From assembly GCF_009834535.1 (NCBI RefSeq), contig NC_045697.1:74464001-74528000 (forward strand): a DNA stretch of 64,000 nt. The letters are read 5' to 3'. The position numbers were made by a program, and so were the translations under genes. Source of the DNA: Camelus ferus. Taxonomy: Eukaryota. The notes under the pieces were generated by a model, which worked only from the letters and a program-made list of their open reading frames with translations, ran no database searches and was not told the DNA's origin. Numbering within the stretch: position 1 is the first letter of the stretch; every line of letters starts with the position of its first letter. Positions 51,942 through 64,000 of the stretch are shown piece by piece.

Positions 51942-54294
51942 CATTACACCTCAATCTGGAAATTGCCATGGCTGCTACTTGGGTATATATTCTCTCAGAC
52001 TTTTTTATTTAAACCTATGAATCTTTGTGGACAGCTTTCCCTGAAGTTGGACATGCCTCTGCCCCCTAGTTTGAATGGCTGCATCATATTCTATTGAATG
52101 GATGAACCATAAACATTGAGTTGTTTCTCCAGGACTTTGGACTGCTTCCGTGGACGGGCCCTCTAGGGATTCCAGAAGCCTAATTATGCTGTAGAAAATG
52201 ATTCACAATCTGTTCGTAATTGCTGGCCTCTTTCCTTCATTTGCTCCAGTGAACCATGGAAACATTCCCTGGAGGCCTGGGCTGTAGTACAGTAGTTTAG
52301 ATTCCCAGAACAGCCAGGCCTTCATAGTTGGGAGTCCTTTAGAAACAGAACTAGGGAAGAAACAAGCTAATAGGAATCTTTCTTTTTAGATCCAAAAACT
52401 TTTCATTGAAAAACAATATTAAAAAAAGGGAAAAAAATTTGCTGTTCCCTCCCAGCTGCTCTGCTGGACACTTGCAGGGCAATTAGCAATAGACAGTTGT
52501 GGAAATTTGTAGGTTCGAAGCTTCTGCAGTTGAGCTCAGTGGGTTATTCTGCAAAGTCTTGGGTAATTAAAGCATGATAATAGTGAGGACCCTAACTAGA
52601 TGCCTTTGCGGATAACAGCTTCATTCTGAGAGTTTACCACAGAAGGCAAAATGCCTGTGAGCCATATGGGAGATAGAAAATCTGGTAAATTTGTGGCCAG
52701 CCCAGTGCCAGTGTTGGAAAAATAACTTTCAGTCGAATCTCTAAATGACTGTGGAGCCCTTCTGATCAGCAAAGAACAGTGTATTATTTTCTATATTGGT
52801 TTGCTTTAAAATGGCATCTTACTTCAACAGCTACTTAAACTGCAGGATGTTAGCCCAAATTGCATTGCTTAGGATTAAATGCTTCATAAAAACTCCCCAA
52901 GTCCAGGGACTGCTGGATGATAGCTGAAAACAAAACAAATAAACAAACACAAAAACAAGTAACACCTTGCCTTATTCTGCTTTAAAAGGTGTTGATTTGT
53001 TTGCCTTGACTGTGTTCATTGAACAAAAGAAAGATTTTTTTTCAACAGAGGTTAGAATTATTTGGGAGGTAGTCTATAGCTTCCTGTAGGGCTCCTTTAG
53101 CGAGCTATCCTGTGCGATCTCGAAGTGCCAGCCCTCCGGGCCTCCGGCTCACTGCTCTTTGACTTCCAAGCACACATGGCCCACATCACTCTTCCGTCCC
53201 AGTGGATTCACCTTCGAGCTCCTTCTCTAGTCCACTTTCAGGAAGTCCTTCCCAATCAGTTCAGACTAGATTCAAACCCTGAGACCTATCAGCCATCCTA
53301 GAGCTGGTTTGTACTTTGATTTCCAAACAACGCTCTAAATGGTTACGTGGCTTTCAGAGCTAGGAGTCCTCATTCCAACTTCCAGCATTACCTCTGATGC
53401 AGGGTAATCTGGTCAGTTCACACAATCCTCCCTCATATTACATACAGTTTGATCTTCTCCAAGCAGAGTAGATGCCTCTTTACAAATCAAAGGTCCTGGT
53501 TCCCATCTGGAAGTCGAATGGAGTCAAGCTTTGTAACATATCTACCCTGAGGTTAGGAGAAAAGCTCAACTATCTGTTCAGCCACAGGGGAATGTGAGAT
53601 TACAGTCTCCGTGGGCCTCTTCCTCTCTCATTGTCACGGGCGGCTGTCAGAGCAGTTTCCAGCTGTATTGAATTGCTCCAAAGGACCTTTTGGATCTGGC
53701 AGCACCATTAACCTGGAGGAGTCCTGCTCCAGAAGCACAAAACAAAATAGGGTGAAGAAAATTTGCTGTAAGCAGTTTTTTCTTCTCTAGTTTCTTCAGC
53801 CCACACCATGTTATGTTGCTAACAAAGAAGAAAAATAGTGACCTTTGAACCTCTGTTTTGAAGAAGTCTGTTCTTTGCTTTAAGGAATGAGAAAGATGTA
53901 CCTGCTGTTTCTGCATTTGCATTTTAGTTAATTTTTAAAGGTATCTTTTTGGTCTAATAAGAAGTATGTGGGAAATGGAGTTTTCCCAATGTCCTTTCAC
54001 AGCGTGATGAGAACATACTGCAGAGCGTCAATTTTCTGGTCTTTTGGGGAGTATAGAATTCTGTATCTCCAAGGTATGGATGAATTACTGCAAGAGTATG
54101 AAGCCCCAGTAAATGCCCCAACGCTCCTACAGCCTATATGGGGAATAGGTCCTGGGTTGAGTTACATACTTGGCATCATTTTAACTTGAGGTATTTATAC
54201 CGCCACCTGCCCATTTGACTTTTTCATGGGCTTCCTTAAAGATATCCTCTGACACCAATGACTGACAGTCATTCCACTATAGCAAATAGATTAC

Positions 54295-54700
54295 ATTAGT
54301 TTTCTATTACTGTCTAACAATATTTCCACAAACTTAGAAGGTTAAACTATACACATGTGTTTTCTCACAGTTTCTATGAGTTAGGGGTCTACGCATGGTG
54401 TAAGTGGGTTCTCTGCCTCAGGGTCTTACAAGACTGCAATCAAGATGTCAGTCAGAGATGCAGTATCATTCAAGACTTGACTATGGAAGGATCCACTTCC
54501 AAGCTCATGTAGTTGTTGGCAGAATTCAGCTCCTTGCATCTGCCTCATTTTCTTGCTGGATGAAGGCTGTAAACTGCCCTTAAGTCCTTGAGGCATTCCA
54601 TGGTTTCTTCCCACATGGGGCTCCATGGGGCTTCTTCAAAGCCAGCATAGGAGCGGGAGAGCCCAGCAAGATGGTTCCTAAAGTATTACACAATGTAATC
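54295..54700 (-). mobile_element. MLT1 (MaLR) LTR
   Basis: tctcacagtttctatgag...ggaaggatccacttccaagctcatgtagttgttggcagaattcag. Confidence 0.75.
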
Positions 54701-55674
54701 ACGTACATGTAATCAACCAATGCTCCATTTAAATACATCTGATTTGTAATCCATAAAGATTATCCTAAATCCTGCCCTATAATATGCTTAAAAGTGATTT
54801 GTGTCTACAATTCCTGCATGAAAATCAAAACCCTAGAATTCTTCCTCTCGTTCCTCCAAGATCAGAAGAAAGTTCCTCTGCAGACAACAAACTTTCAAAG
54901 AGCTGCGCTAATCCTGGGAGGGAAACTTTGCAAAATATTGTTTCCACTTTGATGTGCTAGCTTTTACCCTATATTCAAAAGCAAACGTCTCTCTATTCAT
55001 ATTTTTTATGAGATCACTGAGCAATGGAGTGGCCATAAATTTCTCCTGTAATGGGTCGCACTTGTATGCAAAGAATACCAAGTTATTTTTATAAAAGTGT
55101 TAAGTCTTTAGGTATTTTTAAAAACAGTATTAATGGGCAATTCTGTCAAGTGTGCACTGCTATTCTTACCAAGTCTACGTCTTTTCAAGTTGGTTGCAAT
55201 TTGATTCATCCAGGATTAGCCAGCTGTCCTAAACAAGTGTTTTTTGTTTTGGGGGGGGGGGGTTGCTGCTGCAGTTTGTGTGGCCATATTAGAACACCCC
55301 TGGGGAGGCCTACTAGCAGCGCTCACTGGGAAAACTGGCTCGATTCCTGCCCTCCTGATCTCCTACTATACAAAATCTGTGATTTCTTTGGGCATGAAGG
55401 AAATCCTCCCATTGGTGGGAGTGGTTGGCAGCTCCTGATATGAGATCACTGCCTATTCTGTCCAAGGTACAAGATTTCCCTTTGACCTGGCAATGCCACT
55501 TCTAAACATTTTCAGAGTAGATGAAAAGTGCTATATTGGAAAATAGATTAATCTGGTTAGTTTAGTAATTTAAAATCCTGAACTAACTGAATAATGAAGA
55601 TATAATCGTGCTTTATATTCTATGAGGTTCTTAACTGCTTTACTAAAAAATATCATTCATTAAAAAAAATTTCA

Positions 55675-55765
55675 GGGGGGTAGATTATAGCTCAGTGGTA
55701 GAGTGTATGCTTAACATGCACAAGGTCCTGGGTTCAATTCCTAGTACCTCCATTTAAAAAAAAAA
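55675..55765 (+). mobile_element. tRNA-Ala-derived SINE
   Basis: tatagctcagtggtagagtgtatgcttaacatgcacaaggtcctgggttcaattcctagtacctcca plus A tail; flanks aaaaaaatttc/aaaaaaacttc. Confidence 0.88.
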
Positions 55766-56089
55766 CTTCTTTAACTTCAGCATCAGCAAAACTCATGAAA
55801 GGGATATCTTTGAGTGTACAGTTTACCTGAGAATGTCAACCATCCTCCTCCACTCCTTCTTCTGTAGCCTCAGTGTATTTGCATCTCAGCAATGTTTGGT
55901 AACTTTAAAACTGTCTAAAAGATAGGAAGCGTTTAGGTCCTTGAATTATTCTTCAGGATGTTTCATATTTCTCATATTTCCTTCTATCCTTATACGTTTT
56001 TTCTTCCTTGTTATTCTTACCTGTGTCCTTTTTTAGCTGCTTGTCCATACAACTCTCAGATGTGTGTAGGGAACGGAATTCAGAGTAGG

Positions 56090-57175
56090 GTGGGTGGTGT
56101 TTGCTGTTCCCCTTCCCTGGGTCCCTGCCAACCCACAAATTTAGAAACTTTCCCTTTTCAGAATTAGCAGGGAAGTCACCGCACTTTCCTTTCTTTCCCC
56201 TCCCTTCCGTCCGCCCCAGGAGCAGTGACTGTTGTCCAGCCAGAATCTTGGTCCCCGGTTCCCTGTTGGGTGGGGCTAACGGGGCCTCACTTCTGTCTCT
56301 CTTTGCCCCCTTGTCGTTTCCACATTTTCCTCAATCTTGTAAGCCCCCCGGGGGAGACCTTGCCCCTGGAGGGGACAATGGTGCCAGCCAACAGATCCAA
56401 GCTGCCTTTTTAAATCTTGCTCAGCAGCGATACAACTAGTGTTTTGGACTCTATTTGACAACTGGGTCTTTTTAGTTTGTTCTTTGTCTAGCGGAGAGAG
56501 GGGCGCTAGAAATGGATATCCTCAATTACCAATCAAGTGCTGTCAGCCTGGATCGGCCTCACAGGGAGAGACGGTGGGCAGCAGAGCTTGTGAGCAACTT
56601 CATGGGACCTGCTCAGGAAAGCAGGAAAAAAGCCGGATGTCCTGTGAAATGAGGACATTTGGGATATGGGCCATCAAGCCAAGTTTAGTTCTTCCTGGTT
56701 CCAGCCAAATCCCAGCAGGGGTGCCAGAGTTTCAGTGGATACTCTGGGCAGGAAGCCAGGCTCCAGAAACCTGCTAAAAACATGCCTGGCGAGAGCCCAG
56801 GGCCCAGCTCTGAGACCCAAAAGGTGGACATCCTCCGTGAGTCGTGCTGACAGAGAAGGATCAGCTGGCCGCGGTCCTGAGGGAAGCAAGCTGGCTCTCA
56901 GCTCCTAGATAGTGATTCCCAGGGTATCTGAGACAGGAGAAACAATGTGGCCCCAAATTGCTACCCTCCAAATTAAGAACCATGACTTTGACCAACCCAG
57001 ACTTCAGTGATGTGAACTCAAGGACTCTATTACAAAGAGGGGAGTGGGCCCTATATGACTAGGAAAGTGGTGTGGCCAATGCAGGATGTAGAGAAGGGAC
57101 ATAAAACAGCTAAAATGTCCTGCTTTCCCAGAGGGGCGCCTCGTCAAAAACTTCCCCCAACCTCCTGTTAGCACT
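56090..57175 (-). mobile_element. Possible ERV leader/LTR remnant
   Basis: GC-richer segment with a minus-strand PBS/LTR-like junction (gtggccccaaattgctacc at ~56947-56965); family not identified. Confidence 0.35.
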
Positions 57176-57913
57176 GGCCAAGGATTTGGCCTAGAAAGGA
57201 GGGGAGGGAAAGGAAGATATTTATTATCACCTCTTTGGTGATGGGTGCAAGTTTATTGAATAAGATACCTCACAGGAAATGAAGTGCCTGCCCCTGGGAG
57301 CTTCAGTGAGGCCTCTATAAGTCCCTGGAGTAACGGTGGAATCACAGGGCCCTGTCACCATGACAATGTCACCAAAAGCAGTGGCTGTAGCCCCCTGCTT
57401 TCTCCTGTTGGTCTGTGCTTGCCTCAGAAAGGGTGAGGTACACGGAGTGGGCAATAAGGGGCTGAGGGTTGCCCGCGCCCTCCGCGCTAACTGTGCACTT
57501 GCTCACCTCTGCCTGAAGGTGCTTCATCCTCAGCCTGCAGCCCAGGTCTCCTGGCTCATGGGCCCAGGAGGCCTCTCATTATCATCAATGTCAAGGCCGT
57601 TTTCACACTGATAACATGCATCTCTGTCTGTTACCAGCTGTGTGATATCGGGCAAATTAGTCAGCCTCTCTGATCCTCAGTTTCCTTATCTGAAAGAAAG
57701 AGTACAATACTTTTGTCAGGATTCGTGCATATTAATTTGAATAGTATAATATTTGTATAGCACTTAACACAACATCTGGCCATATGAGGCATTCAATAGG
57801 TAGGAAGTCATTTTTATTAGTAGTATTATCATTAGCACTCTTATTCTTATTACTAGTGGCTTATTTGGATTGCCTATGTTAATTTGTTTGTTATATACAC
57901 CTCTATGCATATA

Positions 57914-58133
57914 CAGAGGGCCCTTGGATAACATGGGCTTGAATTGTGTTGGTCCACTTAAATGCAGATGCTTTTTCATTAAATATATATACTACAGTAC
58001 TGCATGACCTGTGGTGGTTCGAGTCCATGTTGTAGAACCGCAGATACAGAGGGCCAACTGTGAAGTTATACTCAGATTCTCGACTGCGGGGAGGGTCAGT
58101 GTCCCTAATCCCACGTTATTCAAGGGTCTGCTG
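57914..58133. mobile_element. Tigger2a-like MITE, second copy
   Basis: ta|cagagggcccttggataac...gttattcaagggtctgctg|ta; collinear with 43482-43704. Confidence 0.85.
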
Positions 58134-58135
58134 TA

Positions 58136-58139
58136 TGTG

Positions 58140-58215
<76 letters not shown>

Positions 58216-58230
58216 CACATATCCATATAT
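58136..58230. repeat. Compound microsatellite (TA)n(CA)n(TACA)n(TA)n
   Basis: Seen directly. Confidence 0.95.
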
Positions 58231-58459
58231 ACCAGACCCTGCCTCCAAACACTTAGATCTTTGAATGACTAGCACTTGTATTATGAGGCATAGCATACAT
58301 ATTTTATGTATAGAATATATCAGTTATTTTCAGAACAACAGATCAACATACAATGAAATTTCATCCCTATAGCTAGTTTTCGAATAAAAGAGCAGTATTT
58401 GGGTTTTAATTCCCCATTTTCACTGTACAGTCGGCTTGGGGAGCAATATGGATGGTCAT

Positions 58460-58797
58460 TATCTTAATCTAATCTAACAAAATACCATAGAGTGAGTGGC
58501 TTAAACACACGAACTTGTTTCTCACAGCTATGGAGGATAGAAGGCCCCAGTCAAGGTTCCAGCCAACAGGGTTCCCTGAAGAGGTCCTGCTTCCTGGCTT
58601 CTAGCCCACCACCTTCTTACTACATCCTCTCATGGCAAAGTTCTCTGGTGCCTCTTCTTATAAGGGCACAAATCCCATCATGAGGGTCCCACCCTCCTGA
58701 CCTCATCTAACCTAATTATCTCCAAATATAATCACATGGGGGGGTAGTTAGGACTTCAATATATGGCTTTTAGGGGAACATAATTCTGTCCATGCCA
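58460..58797 (-). mobile_element. MLT1A-like (MaLR) LTR
   Basis: aacaaaataccatagagtgagtggcttaaac...tcttcttataagggcacaaatcccatcatgagggtcccaccctc. Confidence 0.85.
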
Positions 58798-59824
58798 GGC
58801 ATGTTCAGCTGTCTCTAACCTGGATATAGATCAGCCCAGCAAAGGATTTGGGTGTTCTCCGTGATGGAGAAAGCAACAAACGTAGAAATACCATTGTGTG
58901 ATGCATTCTCTTCAGGAAATAGATCTAGGGCAAAAAAAAACCAAAAAAACCAAAAAACAAACAAACAAACAAAAAAAAACCCACTGGCTAGTGGTTATGA
59001 GAACATGATTATTTACTTTTGAGTATCAGTCATCTTAGAATTCCCATGAATCAAAAGGCATGGGGAATTCAAATCCCATGTGGGCCAAAAGACTCAGATT
59101 CCTAAAGAGTGTAATCCTTTGGCATCCAAAGTAACTAAAATTATTAATTAACCAACAGGGAAAGACAGTGCTAGAAATGAGTTACACATTTTTCATGTTG
59201 TGTGACTCTAGAAAAGGTAATGTAGGGACAACAGGAATGCACCAACACTGGTAAAGAACTAGAGAAAAATTAGCCTCAAAACCACACACACACACAAAAA
59301 GAATAAAAACTGTTAATTGATTGTTCACTATGGGCTAAGCTGCTGAGATGTATGTTTTATTTAAACTTCACAACAAATTTTAAAGAAGTATTATTGCCCC
59401 CATTCTATAGATGAGGAAACAGGGGTCCAGGGAGTTTAAACAACCCTCCTAAAGTCACACTGGTTAGTAGGTGGCAGTGGGGCTCTGAAGTTTACATTTT
59501 TTCAAATAAACCACATGCTGCTTTGCTGTTTATTGTATTAGACAGTTACTACTCTAGTCGGTTGTACTGTGTACAGTCAGTGCCATTTTAAAGCCCGGAA
59601 ATTGAGACGATTAGAGTGGGAGGGGTGGAGATGGGGGCACATACACAGGGAATTCAAATGACTCCTTGGGATTCTCCCCTCTTAGAAATCCTGTGATGGG
59701 TTCCTGAGCCATGTTTTCTATTAGCATTTGTGTCTTGTTCACCACCAATCCATCAGCCATGTTTCAAAATAATACCTAGACACTTTAAAAGCTGACACTT
59801 TTAAAGCAACAATAACACTAAATA

Positions 59825-60132
59825 CAGTCATCCCTCAGTATCTGAGGGAGATTGGTTCCAGAATCCTTCCCGATATAAAATCCAAGGATGCTCAAGTCCC
59901 TTATATAAAATGTCATAATATTTGCATATAACATACATCCTCCCATATACTTTATATCATCTCTAGATTACTTATAATACCTAATACAATTTAAATGCTA
60001 TATAAACAGTGGCTACTGCGCAGCAAATTCAAGTTTTGCTTTTTTGGAACTTTCTGAAATTTTAAAAAATATTTTTGAATAAATATGTTTGAGTCCATGA
60101 ATACAGAACTTACAGACACGGAGGGCCAACGG
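59825..60132. mobile_element. MER2-like Tigger DNA transposon
   Basis: ta|cagtcatccctcagtatc...gattggttccag...catctctagattacttataatacctaataca...acggagggccaacgg|ta. Confidence 0.82.
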
Positions 60133-61719
60133 TACTTCTCATTTTCAATAAATTTCTTACTTAAAAGATAGTATAATTTTCAGAGACCAAATTCTAAAAT
60201 ATAGCAATGATTCCATACGTCTGAAATACGTCTCCACTTAAACACCTAACCCCTCAGGGCTTCAGCAAATAAAGCCCGACTCCCTGACCCCATGTGACCC
60301 CATGGGAGTGGAGCAAAGTACTCTGCATTGAACTGATCCCACAACCATCCTGCAAGACATTGCTACCCACACCCTCTGGTATAGATGAGGAAATGAACCG
60401 ATACTCAGAGTGTTTTAATAACTTGTCCAAAGTCACGAGGTGGAACCAGAAATCCAACCCAAACCGTGGGTTCCGCAGGGCTGGCTGCACTGCTGGACTT
60501 CGTTTAGAAGGTGGAGGTACACCCCTAGGTGGGGCAAGAGCCTGCAGCAGAGTAGACAGGGGCCTGGGAGCATAGCCCCTGTGAGTGTTTGAAAAGGTTT
60601 CACTCCACATAGGGTCTGGTGCATCTGCCTTCCGCACTCTTTGAGTAGAAACAGTGGCTATTAATTAGTAAAGCAGGAAATCTTCAGTTGTAAACAAGGG
60701 GACCCCTCGGTTTACCCTGCCAGCCCTGGGTCCTGTCTGACTGGTGCGTGGCCTCGCACCACAGGCTGCCCTGTCCTCCCAGGAACAGCACAGCAGCCAG
60801 GTCTCCTGCACATGGAATTAAGAGGTCTGAGTTCACTTCCAAATTTTTTCTGTGTGATTTTCAATTAACTACATTTATTTCTCAATCTTTTTCCATTCCA
60901 CATATATAATACCAACCCTCTATATCCACCAGTGATTAATAACTACTGTGTAAATCATTCCTTCATTTGTTTACATGGGAGCAAACTGGGGCATAGCAAG
61001 ATTCCACACTAACAATAAGGATTATTAGTATCCTTATTTTACATAGGAGAAAATTTGGGATCAGAGAGGTTAAGTAATTTGCCCAAGGGCACACAGTTAG
61101 GAAATGTGCTGACTGACAGACTGACTCCACTGCCCATGTGTTGACATGGTCTTGAGTGAATTAGTAGCACAGGCCAGACTAGAAACCAAGACTTTCAGCA
61201 TCCATTCCAAAGCCCTTTCCAGTCACTATACTGCTTCCCTCCCTGGGATGAACTGAACATCATGTCACCTCCTTATATACCTCTGTGCAAACATTGTGAG
61301 TATGTTATTTGTATGTGCTGAAGAAGTGGTCACCAAGGGAGCTGCTGTGGAACATAGAACCATTGGGTTCTAACCCCAGTAACAGCTCCAAATCTGATTT
61401 TCTTCAGATGGCTCTGATCATGCATGCTTTTTAGTTCCTAGCCTCTAACACTTCAGCTAGAGTGAAACACGTCTTCTGTATCACAACCACCTTCCTGCAA
61501 AATCAATCCTCTAGCTGAAAGCTGCAGCAGTCCTCTCCCAAGGGAATCCCACAGCTCATGTGGCACAGATGGTTGTCTGCACAGTGGCAGTGAGAGCATC
61601 ACTGAAGGGGCAACAAACAGCTCCTGGTCAGAGCATCACCACATCTGCCTCCCTCAAGTTTACCCTTGGGCATTTGTTGGTTGCTTCCCTACTTTCCTTT
61701 CCCCTTTTTAGACAATGAA

Positions 61720-62280
61720 AGCCTGATGCTAAATAGGTGAAAATGCTCTTTTCTCATTCTTGACAAGTGCTTTGAGTGGAGTCAACCACACCCAAGCACC
61801 AGGATAGACCTGATCACTTAGGCTGATCAGTTAGCAGGAAGTGGTTCAGGCACTGACCAGTAACACAGACCTGGGCTGAACAGAGTACTCCCCTTGCTCT
61901 AGTGATGGGTTTAAATATGGGCCTTATACCCACACTGGTCATAACCAAGGAGCTCTCCCAGTTATTGCTGAGAAAACAAACACAGAGACTCTTCCATCCC
62001 TAGACAACGTGGTGAGAGGGTGACAATCTTGTGGCAGTGGCAGCCACTTGCCACCATCAGGGGACCATCTGGAGTGGCCACAAGAACTTTAGAGTCTGAG
62101 GATAAACTTGAGCCTGTAGAAAACAGAAAGAAATACAGAGAGAACCTGGGTCCTTGGAGACATGGCTGAGTCACTAAATCAAGCCTTCCCTGAAGCTAGC
62201 TTTTCTCTTGGCCTTTGAGTTATGTGAGCCAGGCAAGTCTCTCTGTAGTCTAAGCCAGTTATCTGTCCCTGTAACACAGA
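61720..62280 (+). mobile_element. Old MLT1J/K-like LTR
   Basis: gcagccacttgccaccatcagggg...aatcaagccttccctgaagctag...agttatgtgagcca...taagccagtt. Confidence 0.6.
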
Positions 62281-63102
62281 GGGCTGTGCTCCTGTCCTTG
62301 AAGACTGCTTCCATGACTCATTTGTCTGTGCTTCCTCCACATCCACTAACACTGTGCTTTGCTCAGACTAGGTGCAAAAACACTGTTGCAAAATAGAGGT
62401 ACTTCATTATTTATCACTCAGTGCATCTGTGAAAGCAGCCTGTGTTGCTGTGGTGCTTATAGCTTTCCTTGACACACAAACATTTTTCATAGCTAGACCT
62501 GTGCACTAATCTGCCACGTTAAGGCCGAAAATAGTTACAGTTTTCTAATACACACTGAATGTTGCCCTTAGAGAGCAGGTAATGAAAGTACAATTTGTGA
62601 GCTGTATCATGTTACCATAAACTGGAATGGTTTTGGTCCTCACAACAGTATTGGAGACTTTCAGAGAAAGCTGTGAGTTTTTATTTATTTGATGGATTTT
62701 TTTTCCCTTTAAAGAACTGTCATATTAAGAATTCTTTGAGAAAATGCAACCAAGCAGGACCCTATTGTCATTGGTGACCATCTGATATCTGTGTTGGTGT
62801 TTGGAACTGTTTAGCTGTATGATGGTTTACAGGGTTTTCCTCATGCTTTTGCTGACCAGGGTTGGGCTGGAGAGGAGGGATGCTTGGATGGCCCACCCAA
62901 ACCCCTCACGGTGCTGCAGGAGGGGAGCATGCTCAGTGCCCTGCTTTTGCCCTCAGTTCCCTGCTCCTGACCCCAGTGCCCTCCCCTTGAGCCTGACACC
63001 TCAGAAACAGCAGTTGGGTGTTTTGTGCCTCTTGTTGTTTATAACTTGCCTCAACTATGTATGTCTGCAATTGTTTTGACCTCTTGCAGTTTCCTTGTAT
63101 CC

Positions 63103-63578
63103 TGTTGTTCAAGCTGCAGGCCTCAGCCTACAGCAGGAGTTCCTAAGCCTCAGCCTGCTAAAAGCGTTTATCAACCTGACTTTAAACTGCACAAGTTTTT
63201 CTCTAAGGCTCCTTTCCATGGAGCCCCTCCCCATGCATCCTTTGTTCTAGGAACAAGATTAAGAGAGTCCCAAAGCCTGAGATGAGCGTCATACCCAGCA
63301 GAGGGAAGGGGACCACTGCATCTGCAAAACAACTTTACAACAATTTGTTACCCTGTATATGATCTCTATGGAAACTAGCTCTGCCCCTTGAACTCTTGAA
63401 CTTTCACTCTAAAACCCCCTGCCTTCTCTCCCAGCAGGCTCACAGTCTTAGAGGCATTAGCCCACTGTGAACATCTTTGCCTGGCAAAGAAATAAAGCTG
63501 CCTTTTCTACTTTATCTAAAACTCTGTCCTGGAGTCTCAATTCAGTAAGCGAGGTACAGAGGCCGTGTTTTGGCAACT
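63103..63578 (+). mobile_element. Solo ERV1-type LTR
   Basis: tgttg...ggcaac ends; ctaaaaccc TATA-like box; ctttgcctggcaaagaaataaagct with AATAAA at 63491-63496. Confidence 0.75.
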
Positions 63579-64000
63579 AAACTGCTAATTAATTAGAATT
63601 TTCTACACAACTAAAGGAATTACATGCTTAGAGTCTATTACTATGGTGGAATCTAAACATACAACCATTTTACTGAACAACGTATTTTTTTGTAGTGCCC
63701 ATCTCTGAGGAATAAAAAGGTTTTATAGCTTTTTGCATAGAGGGCTGGGATTTTGATGCCTGAAAAATATCTGTGTCACCTTGAGCAGGTCGTTTAACTT
63801 CTCCTGGCCAGATCTTCTTCTGTAAGATAGGAGAGTGGATCTCAGGAAAGTTCGTTGTCTTAATAGTCCTCAGCTGCTCACTAGATACAGTTAGCAATTT
63901 GAATATTTAGTGGTGTTTCCTTCATGGGGACTCAGAAATGATTGGAATTCGCCGTCGTCCATGAAGTGCCTTTTCTGGAGCTCGGAGCATGTGGGCTAAT

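Noticed and set aside
55007..55451. 130-aa ORF flanked by a 13-bp direct repeat (tatgagatcactg at 55007 and 55439), as a possible retrocopy
   Set aside because: No poly(A) tail and no recognisable protein; one such repeat pair is plausible by chance in 64 kb.
40300..64000. A second protein-coding gene downstream of NPNT
   Set aside because: No exon with a recognisable protein and consistent splice phases; ORFs there are repeat-derived or random. A lncRNA cannot be excluded from sequence alone.
1..64000. CRISPR arrays, operons or other prokaryotic systems
   Set aside because: Intron-containing mammalian DNA; no regularly spaced repeat-spacer structure seen.

Overview
Mammalian genomic DNA, probably a camelid judging by five copies of a tRNA-Ala-derived SINE. 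The window holds the 3' portion of the nephronectin gene (NPNT) on the + strand. I traced ten canonical coding exons by hand from GT-AG junctions and phase continuity (exons 3-12 if numbered as in human; exons 1-2 lie upstream). They encode the EGF repeats, the Pro/Thr linker with RGD, the LFEIFEIER synergy motif and the MAM domain, followed by a ~2.7 kb 3'UTR ending near 40240. The remaining ~24 kb is intergenic and rich in repeats (L1, LTR/ERV, MaLR, Tigger, hAT, MIR). I found no wholly new biological system. The most interesting observations are: (1) an alternative 3' splice acceptor at the edge of an ancient CR1/L3 fossil inside the 3'UTR, giving an ESQR-stop C-terminus; (2) an in-frame 93-nt cassette exon missed by the ORF track; (3) an apparent loss of the usual stop codon, adding EQLQN; (4) an intragenic CpG/G-run island over exon 11. 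Repeat family names and comparisons with human are from recall, not from database searches, and repeat boundaries are approximate.
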